From the NCBI RefSeq assembly GCF_040938485.1, contig NW_027272421.1, forward strand, positions 62,001-126,000: a stretch of DNA of 64,000 bases. The letters are read 5' to 3'. Below, one piece after another: positions 1-12,993 of the stretch; the stretch's first letter is position 1, and the number at the start of each line of letters is the position of its first letter. Both the position numbers and the translations under genes were made by a program. Below the pieces are notes generated by a model. It was not told the DNA's origin and ran no database searches. It saw only the letters and a list, made by a program, of their open reading frames with translations. This DNA comes from Diadema antillarum (lineage: Eukaryota).

Positions 1-1353
1 TACATCGAATTATCATGTACACTAAGGTCCCAGAGTAATCTCAGAGAGGAACCAAAACGCTGTGCTTATTCTAATGCTCTACTATCTGCCTATCTAACTA
101 TTATAATTTACCTATCGATCAGTCAATCTATCTATCTATTCAGCAATTTACACATTCATTTACAAACTGGTTTAATCGTTCATTTGGATTTGATTATACA
201 TTAATGCGTTAACGAGTGAACGAGGTATATAGACAGAAACTGCATGAATGCTTTCGTTCCTTTGCAAGTTGTTGCATTTTTACGTATTTTTACTAACCCT
301 AGCAAACCGAATATGACTTGTTAATTCATATTCAGTGCACAATCAGTCAAGTGGATCAATCAATGTAATACGTCGTAAGTCTTCCTGTAAACATGGATGT
401 ATAAAGAAAACCAAAAACCAAATGAGGACTTTTATTTGAACAATCATCGCAAGCACGTATGACATTAAGAAACAGTGCTATTTCATTATATCACTCTCTT
501 TTTGTTTATCAAGCCAGAATGATATTTGGAATTTGGTTATAATGAAGACAATCCCATTATGAAAGAGAGAGAGAAAAAACTCCTCTTATTTATATTGAAA
601 ATGAAATTTTTATATTCTATTTGCACGCGAATGCAACCTTGCTCTAAAATGATATCAGTAAAAGCAGGAGAGTTTGAATGCAGATGACTCTCATAACCCA
701 TTCAAGTGACTAATTCTTTTCAAAATAATTGGTCTTAAAACACTGACAAACACACACACACACACACACTTACACACACACATTCACTTCTTATTTTGCA
801 GTGTATAAAAGGAAGCCTTTCCTTATTCTGCTTTATGTAAAGATTCGCTTTAATCAACGTACAGCACAAATTCAGTCAAACAGAATGATAGAAACGTCCT
901 CAAAATTGGACCTATAAACCCAAGGGAAATATTATGGAACTTTGACTACTCTAATGCTTTCACAAATAAACGTTGTCAATTGCAACCACATACTCAGAAC
1001 TGACAGAAGCTATGATATCATCACCTCAAAATTCTTAAGCGTTATCACCTTATTCGAGCCTCCCACTATGCGCAAACGGCTAATGAATTTCCTTCTTTGA
1101 CAAGAAATTATGACGAATGAGATGAATCTTTTAATCAAATTTTTGTAGCAACCTAGCAACGGTGCCTATCAGAGCGAAAGAAATTGCAGGTGCAAAATCT
1201 TGATTTTTGTCAATATTTTAATGTCAAACAAGTTGGAAAGGAAATCACCACCTCTTTCAATTTGCATGTATTCCGTGAAATCATAAAACCCATTGAAATT
1301 CCACAGTATATGTGTGCGATTTTGATGAAGTTCTATCATTATGTTCATCTGAT

Positions 1354-1712
1354 TTAAAGGAATGGTAAGTTTTATTCTTTTAAATAATTAGAAACCACTT
1401 ATGATTTTTATGAAATATCAAAGAACATTACAATTCTACGAGGAATTAAAAGCTTATTTGAAAGAAATTGGGTTTGAAATGGCTGATATCCTAAAACAAA
1501 GTGGTCCGAATAAAAGGCGGCACCCCCTTTCATTAGGACCTCTTTGTTTTTGGATACCTCAGGCATTTCAAGACCAATCTTCATCAAATTAACTTTAAAT
1601 TCCTCTTAGAATTGCATGGCTCTATAATATTTCATATAAGTGATTTCTAATTATTTCAGAAAAAATTAAAACTTGAATCCCAATCTCAAACAAAACTATA
1701 CTATCCCTTTCA
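1354..1712. mobile_element. Non-autonomous palindromic DNA transposon, TTAA/Kolobok-like, family A copy 1 (degenerate)
   Basis: Starts TTAA|AGG (1354) and ends CCCT|TTCA (1712). Arms are imperfect inverted repeats around a central aataaaagg-cggcaccc-cctttcatt palindrome. Homologous to copies at 3353, 6945, 9310 and 22717. Confidence 0.8.
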
Positions 1713-2749
1713 GTCGACGATATATAATTCATATCTACTTGAACAATGCGTGGAATTGCACTTTAAAGGCAACGTGTGGAAAATTTAAATTGCCTTTATC
1801 ATATTTCGTTCAAACCTCCAGCTAATAACCCCTACTTATTGCGTGACGTCAAAGTTCAAAGATGTAGAGATTTTCTTGCTCTGCTCAGCTACTAAAGGAT
1901 GACTATGTCGTGCCTATAAACATATCAACTACTGCATGTGACATTTGTAGAAGTACTTGTAAGATAGATTTGAATATGATTTCTATGTTAGACAAATCAT
2001 TGATTTCTAAAACCATTATATATAGGCAATCATAAATCCTTGTATCTATTTTATACAATCATTCCTAATTGAATATTGTACCTAACATTGTGATAGTACT
2101 TTTAAAAATAGATTTGAATTTTCTAAACACATTATTGGTATCTAAAACCATTTTTCGGTAATCATAAATCTTCGAATCTGAACCATTATAATTCTATTTC
2201 AATAATGAAATTGAAAGAGAAGTTGAATTTGATTGGAATCAAGACAGACATTAAAAAGTCAAAGGAAAATGCAAAATAGGGTACTTATCTGTCAACTAAG
2301 CAACGTCTTCGATATAAAAGTTTAGGAAATCGACGATGAAACAGCGATAATTTCATCAGCATAACATCTAATAAAACTATCTGCAAAAAGATATTTAGAG
2401 CAATTTGTACAGAAATATGGCGCGGACAAATCAGTAATATTGTTAAAGCGCTACCCTTGACAAATCCTTTTTCATACATCAAATAAATTTCATTTTGGGA
2501 AAATAATTACCCAGATTTTTTTTTATCAATAAAGCAATCAGCGGCCTCCCTCAAGCACTCAAAGGGAAATTATATCGCTCGTATAAGTTGACCATATGTC
2601 CACAAATTCCCTTAGTCCCACACATGATATATCACGCTGGGATATCGGGGTGCAATCATTCTCGTGAAGTCCCTGACACATGCCTTCGCCTGTCACCACC
2701 CCCTCCCGCTCCGCTTAGCTCCGGCGCATCGCTCCGATAGCTTCACGGT

Positions 2750-2880
2750 CAAGTTTATGGGGTTCACTAACCCCAATCATATATATAATCCTGGGGCGGC
2801 ATTCTTACGTTTTATGGAAATTTATGGCGACGCCAATTCCACTTATGCCACATATCCGCTACTTTTCTCACCATAAAGCA
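2750..2880. promoter_or_regulatory. Putative enhancer with four TTTATGG sites (posterior Hox/Cdx-type motif)
   Basis: TTTATGG at 2754, 2811 and 2821, and CCATAAA at 2871, inside a GC-richer island. Confidence 0.4.
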
Positions 2881-3352
2881 TGTTCTCACCTTGGTCTTGG
2901 GTGATCTTAAATCATAACATTTCTTTGAATATCAATTCATATCTTTCTTTACCTGAACAGGATCCAGGGAAAAGCAAACATAAAGAAATGTAGGAGCCAT
3001 TAATCTTCGAGACCGAAATCTAAGAATAAAAAAGCTTAAAAAAAAATCTGCAACAGTGATTGGGAATATATTCTTATCAACACTGTCTTGTACAGAATGA
3101 TGGAATATACCGTGATGGAAAAGGGAACAAAAATCTTTCGACAGTTTCGAATACCCACTCTAATCATACATCTGTTTGTTGACTATATATTTTGAGTGTT
3201 TATTAGATTCTTTTTATCTTTAGGGGGAAATAAGTGTACATTTCCATGGAGACAGCACCTTACTATTATCCATGTGCAGGTTTGGAACAGCAAAGTACGT
3301 TTTTACACTTGGGTTAGGTTTACAGTAAGGCCATTTTTGTTTGTAGCTGTTT

Positions 3353-3819
3353 TTAAAGGGATGGTACAGTATTGATGGAGATGAGAATTGGGCTTTTAAC
3401 TTTTTGCGAGATACCAAGAAAACACTTATGAAATAGTACAGAGCCTACCATTTTAAAAGGGATTTAAAGTTCATTTGATGAAAATCGGGTTTGGAATGAC
3501 TGAAACATCCAAAAACAAAGTAAAACAAAGTGATCATACTAAAGTGTGGGTCCCACACTTCAGTTCAGTTCAGTTCACTTCAGTTCAGTTTTTATTTCTG
3601 CATTTCAAAATCAATACAAATTAACAAATCAACAAAATACTTATTAGAATTGCTCTGTTTTAGATATCTCAGCCATTTCAAAACCACTTTTTATCAAATA
3701 AACGTTGAATTCCTGATGGACTTACATTCTCTTTCATATTTCGTAAAGGCTTTTTTTATATCTCACCAATGTTAGAATCCTGATATTAGGTCTCAACAAA
3801 AACTATACAATCCCTTTAA
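3353..3819. mobile_element. TTAA/Kolobok-like family A copy 2, carrying an 82-bp insertion
   Basis: TTAA|AGGGATGGTACAGT ... ACAATCCCT|TTAA. It is the reverse-orientation homolog of the 9310-9698 copy, with central aaagtgtggg-t-cccacactt. Confidence 0.9.
3561..3642 (-). mobile_element. 5'-truncated retroposon 3' end inserted in the family A centre
   Basis: Absent from the 9310 copy at the homologous position. On the minus strand AATAAA (3591-3596) is followed by an (AACTG)n tail. Possible ACTT duplication at 3557-3560 and 3639-3642. Confidence 0.65.
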
Positions 3820-4133
3820 GGTTCTTAATAAGCCATTTAACTGACTGATCGAGCGTTTGTCAATTTACCTTTAATCGTCTAATCTTTAGATACAAACTGA
3901 CTACTGACGATATCGTGACATAATGAATTATTCACATGGGCAGAATGGAAACTGATGGTCTCTGATATAATGATAGATACATTTTTAGGCAGGTGTCCGC
4001 ACCTGGCATGGTCTGGCGGTATATCTCCTGTCTTCTTTGGAACGGACGTTGCCTAATTCTAGCCAATTCTAGCCAATTGCCACTGAGATGTACAAGAAAT
4101 GATAGTAATATCTCGCGAAATTAAAGGAACTGA

Positions 4134-4260
4134 AATTGAAATTGAAATTGAAATTGTAAAAGAATTTTATTGAAAAACATCCATGGCAGCCCGTGGTCTG
4201 CAAATTACGGACATTTTACATGTATCAGCATGAATACATTTTGAAATATGTACAAAATAG
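4134..4260 (-). mobile_element. Retroposon 3'-tail remnant; similar remnants near 5625, 36710, 40442 and 47640
   Basis: Short 5-6-mer microsatellite ((AAATTG)n here; (ATTCA)n or (TTTGA)n elsewhere), usually adjacent to TTTATT. This is the minus-strand AATAAA-plus-tail pattern of truncated non-LTR elements. Confidence 0.5.
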
Positions 4261-6399
4261 TAAAGATACACAGTAAAATTGATGACCCAAGCTACAAAAC
4301 AAAATTAAATATTAAAAGTACAATTTCTAACACCACTATTCTCATTAACATAATCATAATTAATTATACTTGATTAAAGATATGTGAAAATAAGAAATAC
4401 GAATGTAGGCCCTATAAACATTTTCATATATCTATAATCAGTTAATTTGGGGTTCTTCTTTGCTAAAGTTATCACAAATTACCTATTTCCGTTGTAAACA
4501 CACACACACACACACACACACAAACATTAACACACTCGAATAAACTTGCAATTTACGTGTACATAATTATGTATACATTCAATTCACTTTCATTACATTC
4601 ACTATAATAATCTTCTTCTAATGACATAAATTATGCTAAAAGGTACGAAGATACATAAATGTGCGTATGCATGTTACATCAGAGTTATGAATAAGGACAT
4701 AGAGAATAAGATGCTAACCCCATACTATTTTATATCATCAATTATCAATTACCAATGTACGCGAGTTACATTAACTTATAGATCTGGAGCTGTACACCTC
4801 TTCACATTTACCAGGGAGGTGTTACGCACGGAGAATCTTGGAGTGGAAACAAAGGTTGTGCATTACACGAACAAAGAGGGGACAGGTCTGGAGAGGGGTG
4901 AGATTGACAAGAGTTTTACGTCTGGTGGTGTCGATCTCACTTGGTGGCAAGCAAAGGTGCACGCCGGTCGGGACACAAAAAGTACAAATATCTGGATTTT
5001 CAATCAGAACGCAAGATTGACGGAAGGGAATTATCAACAACCTTGTTCATTTTGTGAATGCGTTTTTTAGACCTCGATTGAGAACGTGCGTGAGTCCAGT
5101 TTTCCTCTCTAGTTCTCGCTTCTCTCCCTCCCCCCCCCCCCCCTCTTCCTCACTTCTCCTCAACCTGTCACAGATTTGGATTGCCATATTCGATCATGCC
5201 TGATTGATGTGCAACCGTTCATGTCAATCTCTGAGCTAAATTTTTGAAAAGACGAGATGATGGAATTAAAACGCGGTCTCATGACCTTTTTGTTTTCCAT
5301 ATGAGTTTTAATCCATTAAAACACACGTTTAGACTAAGTTCTTCACGAATTGTACCAATGTGATAAATCATCTTAGAAAACGACATAAGTAGGCACAGAA
5401 CACATGTGAAGACACAGAGACAGACATATTGCTGTTGTAGTCATTGTTGATTAAGATTAACTCATATAATTCACAATGTATTACGTCATTTCATACATCG
5501 TATCATTTACATTTTCTCCGTTGCCTCAGGAATTGTATCAAGAATTTGTGACGGTGATTATTACTCTTCAACCAAATTATGGATATTTTCGTGTAATCAA
5601 TATCACAAGAGTCAAGCAATTATTCAATTCAATTCAATTCAAATTTATTTCATTTTCGACAAAAAAAGAATAGACATATTACTTTGTTTGGCAACAGAGA
5701 ATAAGGCATAAGCAACACTATAAGTGAAATGAAAAGAGTGTACAATAATTTTGAAACCTTATAGTAATAATACATTGTCATGAAAGATGGTCAAAAGAAG
5801 CAAATATTTTCTTATTATTCTCTTTAGTTTTCCTGACCTTTAATCGCAAATATCTCCATTTGGCAAATATGGACTTATCGGTTTTTGCGAACAAACTCTT
5901 CAAGTGATCATAGTGAAGTAAACATTACGCAAAGTGCTAAATATATTTATTTTTTTTTATATAAGTACAATACGCATGTATACGTATACATATGTATGCA
6001 CATAATTATATTTCAACAGTTGCATCATTAATATTAATATAAATCGATTCATTATATTACGGTTCGAACAAATAGGTCACAAAACGTCAGTACGCATTGT
6101 CTACATACTGCCATTTACACCGTACTTGACCAAACTGTTAGAAAATAACTTTATTAAGAAATTCGGGTATCATTCTCTATGTCACTTGGGATACAGGTCT
6201 GAATCTACGACCTATGTCGAAAAATTTAACAAACTAAATATGATATTGTAACATCGATTGATATAAGTTAGAGACAGGTTAGATCTTTCATTACCAAAAA
6301 TACCTTTTAGAATTCAATGATGAACAAGAATGATGTTGAAGATATAGTGGCAAAAGTGCAGCTTTGTAATTGCCTGCCAATCAGAGGAAGTGCATTGGC

Positions 6400-6710
6400 A
6401 TTGACCACTGATTGGACGTGGAGGACACCCGGGGACCACGCCGCTACGATCCGTCAACTTCGGTTATGTCTCCACTGAATGCCCATCATCATTACCCCCC
6501 ACCGACCTTGGAGAGCATCTCATCATGCTGCCTCCAGTGCTATGCGGGGTGACAAGTGCGACCACGCCCTGGAGTTTATAGCTTCTTCATCATTATGGCG
6601 CGGCGCGTTCATGGGCACCGGCGCTCCAAGGTCGCGCGATTCGTGACCATATTTGCTAGCGCGCCTCTCCTGGATCCGACATAAAGTTGAAACTTGAATG
6701 ATCAAGGTTA
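6400..6710. promoter_or_regulatory. GC/CpG-rich island, putative cis-regulatory element or exon
   Basis: Abrupt GC/CpG enrichment against AT-rich flanks; CCAATCA on the minus strand near 6410; no recognisable coding product. Confidence 0.35.
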
Positions 6711-6944
6711 TGAATACGTGTGTGTGTGTGTTGGTGTGTGGGTGTAGGTGTGTGTTTTAAGTGAAAATCCATTCCTTATTAAACCAGAATTGTCTATATT
6801 TTCAAATCGGTCATGACATAATAAGGTTAATGAATTTTTGAAGTTTTTCACCTGCTTTCACGTACGAACCGGTGATATTTGTCAGAGTCCATAATATGCA
6901 AATTGAAGGGAGTGATGATGTCATCGTCTAACAAGACTTAACAA

Positions 6945-7249
6945 AAGAAATCTTCCTTAGATCCAAAGTTTATTTGATGGAAATTGGTTTTAAAATGGCT
7001 GAGATATCCAAAACATAGCGATCCCAATAAAAGGTGGGACCCACCATTTATTAGGATCACTTTGTTCTACTTTGTTTTGTGGTTATCTCAGCAATTTTAA
7101 AACTGATTTTTATCAAATAAATTTTGAATTCTTCTTAGAATTGTATGCTCTTTAACATTTCAATAATTGGTTTCTGCGTATCTCGCATAAAAAGGTTTAA
7201 AGCTGAATCTTCATCTCAACTAAATATACTATAATTATTATCCCTTTAA
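6945..7249. mobile_element. TTAA/Kolobok-like family A copy 3, left end truncated
   Basis: Central caataaaaggtggg-a-cccaccatttatt palindrome; right end TATCCCT|TTAA; arms align with the other copies. Confidence 0.8.
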
Positions 7250-7849
7250 TGACGTAAATGTCTCATATTAGATTATTACAGATTTATATAACTGGGGTGC
7301 TTTTTTTAATAAACAAAAAAACGTGTCTATAAGATCATAAATAAAAGAGTTGTGATGCCATTAGGTAATAATCTTGTTGAAATTGCATACACCTGTCGAT
7401 ACTATTGTTTTGTGACATTATGAAACGTCACATTTTTTGAATCCATGAAATTTTTTTAAACGTAAACTTTTCGTTGTTCAATTTTGCCCCATTTGTTAAC
7501 GACGACATGTGGCTTTATGAATGAAGACATCTGTCGACTACATAGTATCATCACTGCCATCAACTTTTTTTATCGTTAATTCGCAGGGAAAGACATGTTT
7601 TCATTTTATTTACTACCTTTGAAAATCAAATGATAGACAAAAGAGTGAACTTTATGTGCGGTAAATGAGAAGGTATACAATCGTGGTTTACTTCAACGCT
7701 ATTTTTAAATGAATATGCTTTTAATTGGATCTTTACCCTACTAAAAGCTTAAGGACAAAAAAAGAAGAAGAAGAAGAAGAAAGCTTCAATATTCCCTCTG
7801 AATACCATTAGACGCATTCTAACTTTTGTTTAGTTTGGGGTTTATTCAT

Positions 7850-8220
7850 CTAATGGGAATTCACCCAAAATGAATAAGTGGATTCAGTGAATGCAAAATT
7901 ATTAGTAGTGAACATTCGCGAACTTTGAAGAAAAATCGGACGATTCATTCAAAACCTATGAATTTTTAAGTTGATTAAATCCACGTGCCGTCATCACTAG
8001 ATAGAAGGCCACAAAAATATGCGTTGTCACAGTAGGGAAACAATGTAGAGATTTTTCTTTTAATCAAAAAGAAATATATTTTTCCTTCAACTTGTTACTG
8101 TTACGTGTATAATTATGTTACGCAATGTTATTCCCCTGTCTTCTGAAAGAGGTAAGTCAAGTGCTCTTTCATTGCGTTAAAAAGATGAAAATAATGATAT
8201 CAAATTCCCTTTTTAATGCA
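7850..8220 (+). mobile_element. Degenerate copy of TTAA family B (homolog of 46580-47137)
   Basis: Shares the left arm (gtggattcagtgaatgc...tttgaagaaaaatcggac...tatgaatttttaag) and the internal ttcccctg..ttctgaaagagg..tgctctttcat segment with the 46.6-kb element. Confidence 0.65.
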
Positions 8221-8695
8221 CTTGAAGGAATTTGCTCTCAGTCTACTAGCCAGTTATAACAAACTTTCATTATACAAAAGCCAATTTCTTCGTCACTAAC
8301 CCCAAACCACCCGTATGAAGTAGAGTATTTCCGATACGGATTAATGACTGATGGGAGGGAATTTATTCCGTTGTGTTATGGTTCATGGTTGTATACCTAT
8401 CAATCTAAAAATGGGAGCTCCTCGATCCTGGCGTTAATTTGAAGACAGAGGGCGCAGTACACAAGTGATGACGGACAGACAGATATTTTGCAAATGGTGT
8501 AACAATATTTATTATCTTTCGTTCTGATAACAGTTCAGTCATGGATGGTCGTTTTTATTTTATTTGCGTGTTAGTTTGTACTAAATATCTTTTACAGAAG
8601 AGCTTGCCTTCCGTAATGCATTTAGTAATGCATTGTATATTGTGCGAGGTTTATTGTGTGTGTGTGTGTGCGTGTGTGTCTGATATGCATATTAT

Positions 8696-8868
8696 ATATT
8701 CATATCTATATTTACTTCTATTCTTATGTTTTTTATAATGATTTCTATCCATATTCATATTTATATTTATGTTTATGTTTATATCTATATCTAAGTTATG
8801 TACTTATATCTATTTCAACATTCATATTCATATCCATATTTACATTCACATTTATATCTTTATTTAAC
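8696..8868. repeat. Cryptic period-6 low-complexity repeat (TATATT/TATTCA-like)
   Basis: Degenerate hexamer periodicity; produces Ile/Tyr/Phe-rich pseudo-ORFs. Confidence 0.75.
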
Positions 8869-9309
8869 CTCACATGAGAGAGAATAGAGAGAGAAAAAAA
8901 AGAGCAAGAAATCCAAACTATCAGTAGCGATTTGAAAGATAAATGAAAAGTACATTTTCCTAATTCATAGAGTAACGATGACATGCTATGACAGACATCA
9001 ATAACATTTTCTATCAACAGACACGTTGAATGAAATTAGGATTAAGACTGTGTTTTTCTTGACGGAACACTCACATGAATTGACAAGGAGGTCACTCGTA
9101 TGACTCAAGCCTATCATGGAATAAATAATACCTATTTTGATTTATCCCAAACAGCATCCAATACGTGCATTTACATTGGGGCCGTTTCCCCTCCAAAGAT
9201 AAATCTGTATTATAATTCATTTTGTTTGGGAATGGGAATGTTTACCTTCTTTCGAAATGGCACATGATGAAAATTATTGGAACCGGCGTCACTTCAGGGT
9301 TGGGTGTGG

Positions 9310-9698
9310 TTAAAGGGATTGTACAGTTACGGTTGAGACCTAATTTCAGGTTTCTAACATCTTTTGGTGAGATAATGAGAAACCTCTTGTAAAATGTGAA
9401 AGAGCATGTAATTCTATGAGGAATTCAACGTTTATTTGATGAAAATTGATTTTGAAATGGCTGAGATATCAAAAAAGAGCGATTCTAATAAAGTGTGGGA
9501 CCCACACTTTATCACGATCGCTTTGTTTTACTTTGTTTTTTGATGTTTCAGTCATTCCAAACGCGATTTTCGTCAAATAAACTTTGAATTCCTCTTAAAA
9601 TGGTATATTCTGAACTATATCATAAGTGTTTTCTTTGTATCTCGCAAAAAGTTAAAAACCCTATTCTCATCTCCGCCAAAACTGTACTATCCCTTTAA
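9310..9698. mobile_element. TTAA/Kolobok-like family A copy 4 (complete)
   Basis: TTAA|AGGGATTGTACAGTT ... AACTGTACTATCCCT|TTAA, with long imperfect arms and central taataaagtgtggg-a-cccacactttatca. Confidence 0.9.
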
Positions 9699-10045
9699 AC
9701 TAGCTATCAGAGGTAGCGCCAAAAGGAGAAATGAACATGAGGTAATAATTAATGAATTTAAGGGATCGGAGCTTTTAAAGCGTTATTATCGTCAGAGGAC
9801 GGTGAATTTTGTTCACATTGACCATCAAAATTTTGGTTGATAGTCTGTTGAATCCAAAACAGCATTTCATGGCAGCCACATTTCCACCCCAAATATGGAC
9901 GTGAAATTAAAACAGTTTTTCTACTATATCACGTATATAGTTTATAATTATTGACTGTTGAGTGTGGACATTTCGCATAACCACATTATCAAATTTATCT
10001 GCGTCTAGTCCACTTTACTTAATTACAACGCTAGTGAATACAAAG

Positions 10046-10047
<2 letters not shown>

Positions 10048-10112
<65 letters not shown>
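10048..10112. repeat. (CA)~32 microsatellite; other CA/GT tracts near 750, 4498, 11472, 11651, 20161, 27644, 30222, 38105, 38760, 46087 and 63830
   Basis: Directly visible. Confidence 0.98.
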
Positions 10113-10115
<3 letters not shown>

Positions 10116-10429
10116 GCATGGCTTACTGGTAGTTTTTGCATTTAAAAGATATTTCATATTCGATTTGTTTCAATAATAATGATTCTGAAAACGCATAACT
10201 CTCTCTTGAAAGTAGGCCACCCTTTATGATATCTATACACAAACATTATACACAAGGATACGTTCTCTCCCCGTCTCTCTCTGTATCTATCACACAATAT
10301 ACTTTCTCTCTATCCATCCATCCATCTATCCATATCACGCCTATCTAGCCACCTTTAGATCTATGAGTCTGCCCTTCTGTCTATCTATCTTTCTATCTAT
10401 CTCTCGAGCCTATCAACGTCTCGCAATTA

Positions 10430-10960
10430 GCAATTGCTGTAATTCAACGGACCTATCTTAGGTATATGTCCGCCACGCTCAGCTTCGCCGCGGCGCCAGT
10501 ATTGAGTGGACCCACAAAACGCTGCGTAATCGACCCCCAAATGTAACCAGTCACGAACTGCCTGTGTGGGGCTGGCTTCTAAATAGCTGCTGGGAACGGC
10601 TTTAAAAATCATGGCAAAACAAAAAGACCCTTCGACTACGTCACTCGCAATGAGGGAAGTGTGCTCGGGCAGACATTTGGGACATTAGTTCAGTCAGGTT
10701 TTCCCCTCCAGCCGCCGTCACGTCTTCTCGCCACGGAGTGCAAGGCACAGAATAGACATAAATCAGATTTTGCGAGGATTTAGGAAAACGCAAAGTGTTC
10801 TTCATTCGTTTCCCCTCTTTCTGCTCCAAGACACGAGAGCGCCATGAGGCAAAGCTGTTTCCCGTGATGGGCTGCGCAGCTGCTGAGAGCGTACAGTGCT
10901 TGGGTGGCCGTGGGCATGACTTCATTTGCCCGTGACCAAATGTGGATTTTTATTTTTATT
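10430..10960. promoter_or_regulatory. GC/CpG-rich island, putative cis-regulatory module
   Basis: Non-repetitive GC-richer block with homeodomain-type CAATTA/TAATT cores at its start and CATAAATCA near 10757; no coding signal. Confidence 0.3.
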
Positions 10961-11470
10961 TTTTTTGCTCTAGAAGAAGAGGGGAAAAAAATCACAGTAT
11001 ATGAAGAATGAAATCCCCCACAATCTTACACATCGTGTGGTTTCTTTTCCAACCGTGATCATCATCATCGCAAAGTTTCTCACCTCCCAAATCAAATTTG
11101 AGTGCGGTCGGATGAGCTAATCTGGGCGATCAGGCAGCATCCATGCGATGGCGGGACTAGTCAACCTTCAGAGCTTCTGAACTTTTAACTTCACTCATAT
11201 GATGAAGAATATTTCAGCTTTTATCATAATAGCCATAATACATGCGTGTGTGCTGAAGTTTGTCTATGAAAATGAATAAATATGAATATATAGATATACA
11301 TTCTGAATGTATATACCTGCACAAGATAATGTTCAGGTAATCGGAGATGTTGTATCAGTGTGCAGTTAGATCTAATGACTGCCGAATCGTTTTTCGTTAT
11401 ATCGTGTTTTAAAAAAGGGGAAATGAACTTGATTTTGTTCTCTATTTTTTTTTGCAAGGATAAAATATAT

Positions 11471-11533
<63 letters not shown>

Positions 11534-11968
11534 ATCGGAAAGAGAGTGAAGGGGCTAAGATTACCTTTTACTTCATTTTTTAATAAAAGATTGGTTTTGT
11601 TGAAAACGTATGAAAATCACGCTAACATGCGCGCGCGCGCATGCTCTCACATACACACACACACAGACACACACACATACACACACACACACATACACAC
11701 ACACACACTTATAAAAAAAAACAACGGACGAGTAGATTTGAGACTAACAGCTAAAAAAAAAAAACCCGTGACAAACATATATTATGCAGGGCTATTTTCG
11801 TAAATAGAATAATGGTAATCATTTTGATCGTGCACTTTAATGCATTCATTCGAACCACCTTATTATATACATAGACGAGTAACGGTGTGTACTCTGTCAA
11901 TAAAGCCATCAAATATGTGCGCTTTAAAATCAAATTTTAGGTAAGTATATACACGCATTTGCACACTA

Positions 11969-12436
11969 TACCGGGTGTCCCCCCAAAAAAGCGGAACGGT
12001 GGATTTTCAGTATACCTTGCGTTCTAAAAGTGATATATTTTTTGACATCATTAGAAAGAGCATCTTCCGCAGAAGACCATGATACCAAAATCATTAAATG
12101 TGATTCATTACTTTTAATTCTACGCGAATTTCTGTAAATGCAGTCATTTTCAATTTTTTTTTTGTGACTTATGAGATAATAACACAATATTCACCGTATG
12201 GATCGCGTGTCGCACTCAAATTATTATTTCATAAGTCGCAAAAATCCGGCGAAATTTGAAAATGACTGCATTTTCAGAAATTGACGTAGAATAAAAAGTA
12301 CTGAGCCAAATTTATTGATTTTGGTATCATTGTCTTTTGCGGAAAATGCTCATTCTAATGATGTCAAAAAATATATCACTTTCAGAACGCAAGGTACTGA
12401 AAATCCACCTTTCCGCTTTTTTGGGGACACCCGGTT
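11969..12436. mobile_element. Tc1/mariner-like MITE, almost fully palindromic (~464 bp)
   Basis: TA|CCGGGTGTCCCC...GGGGACACCCGG|TT (right TA altered). Inverted arms of ~210 bp at roughly 90% identity with a ~35-bp spacer. The two similar ORFs 11966..12187(-) and 12315..12569(+) merely reflect the arms. Confidence 0.9.
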
Positions 12437-12673
12437 TATATATGTGCATGTATTTGATTACCAATTCATAACTAAAACCTCTAATATTTATAATTATGTC
12501 TGTGTGTGTGTTTGTGTGTGCGTGCGTGCGTGTGTGTGTATGCATCATCATACATTCAAAAACACATAGGTGCCCTGGAATGATGCTAAATGGGTGATGT
12601 TTTACAGGACAAAGCGTCATCGGTCTCAGCGAAAACACGTGTATCCAGATGCTGAACATGATAACATCCGGTT

Positions 12674-12704
<31 letters not shown>

Positions 12705-12898
12705 GAGAGGAAAAGATGAAAAAGGAAGAAAGAGAGAGAAGAGAGAAGAAGATGGGTAGGTTCCTATCACCAAGAGACGCCATGACTGTTAGCAGCAGTC
12801 AACTTGATTTGTCATCTAGGGAGCCATCGTTCAGAACTGAAAATCATATCATTTTATATCCTCATTCTCTCTGTGTGGCAACAAATATACATGGTATT

Positions 12899-12925
12899 GA
12901 TAATAACAATAATGATAATAATAAT

Positions 12926-12990
<65 letters not shown>
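12899..12990. repeat. (AAT)~30 microsatellite
   Basis: Directly visible; source of the poly-Asn and poly-Ile ORFs. Confidence 0.98.

Positions 12991-12993
<3 letters not shown>

Noticed and set aside
1960-2175. Degenerate ~144-bp direct duplication
   Set aside because: Short AT-rich matches only; too weak to call a structured repeat.
4633-5070. 145-aa plus-strand ORF with a protein-like middle (EVLRTENLGVETKVVHYTNKEG...)
   Set aside because: No recognisable domain, AT-rich non-coding-like ends and no convincing exon boundaries; a minus-strand exon is equally plausible.
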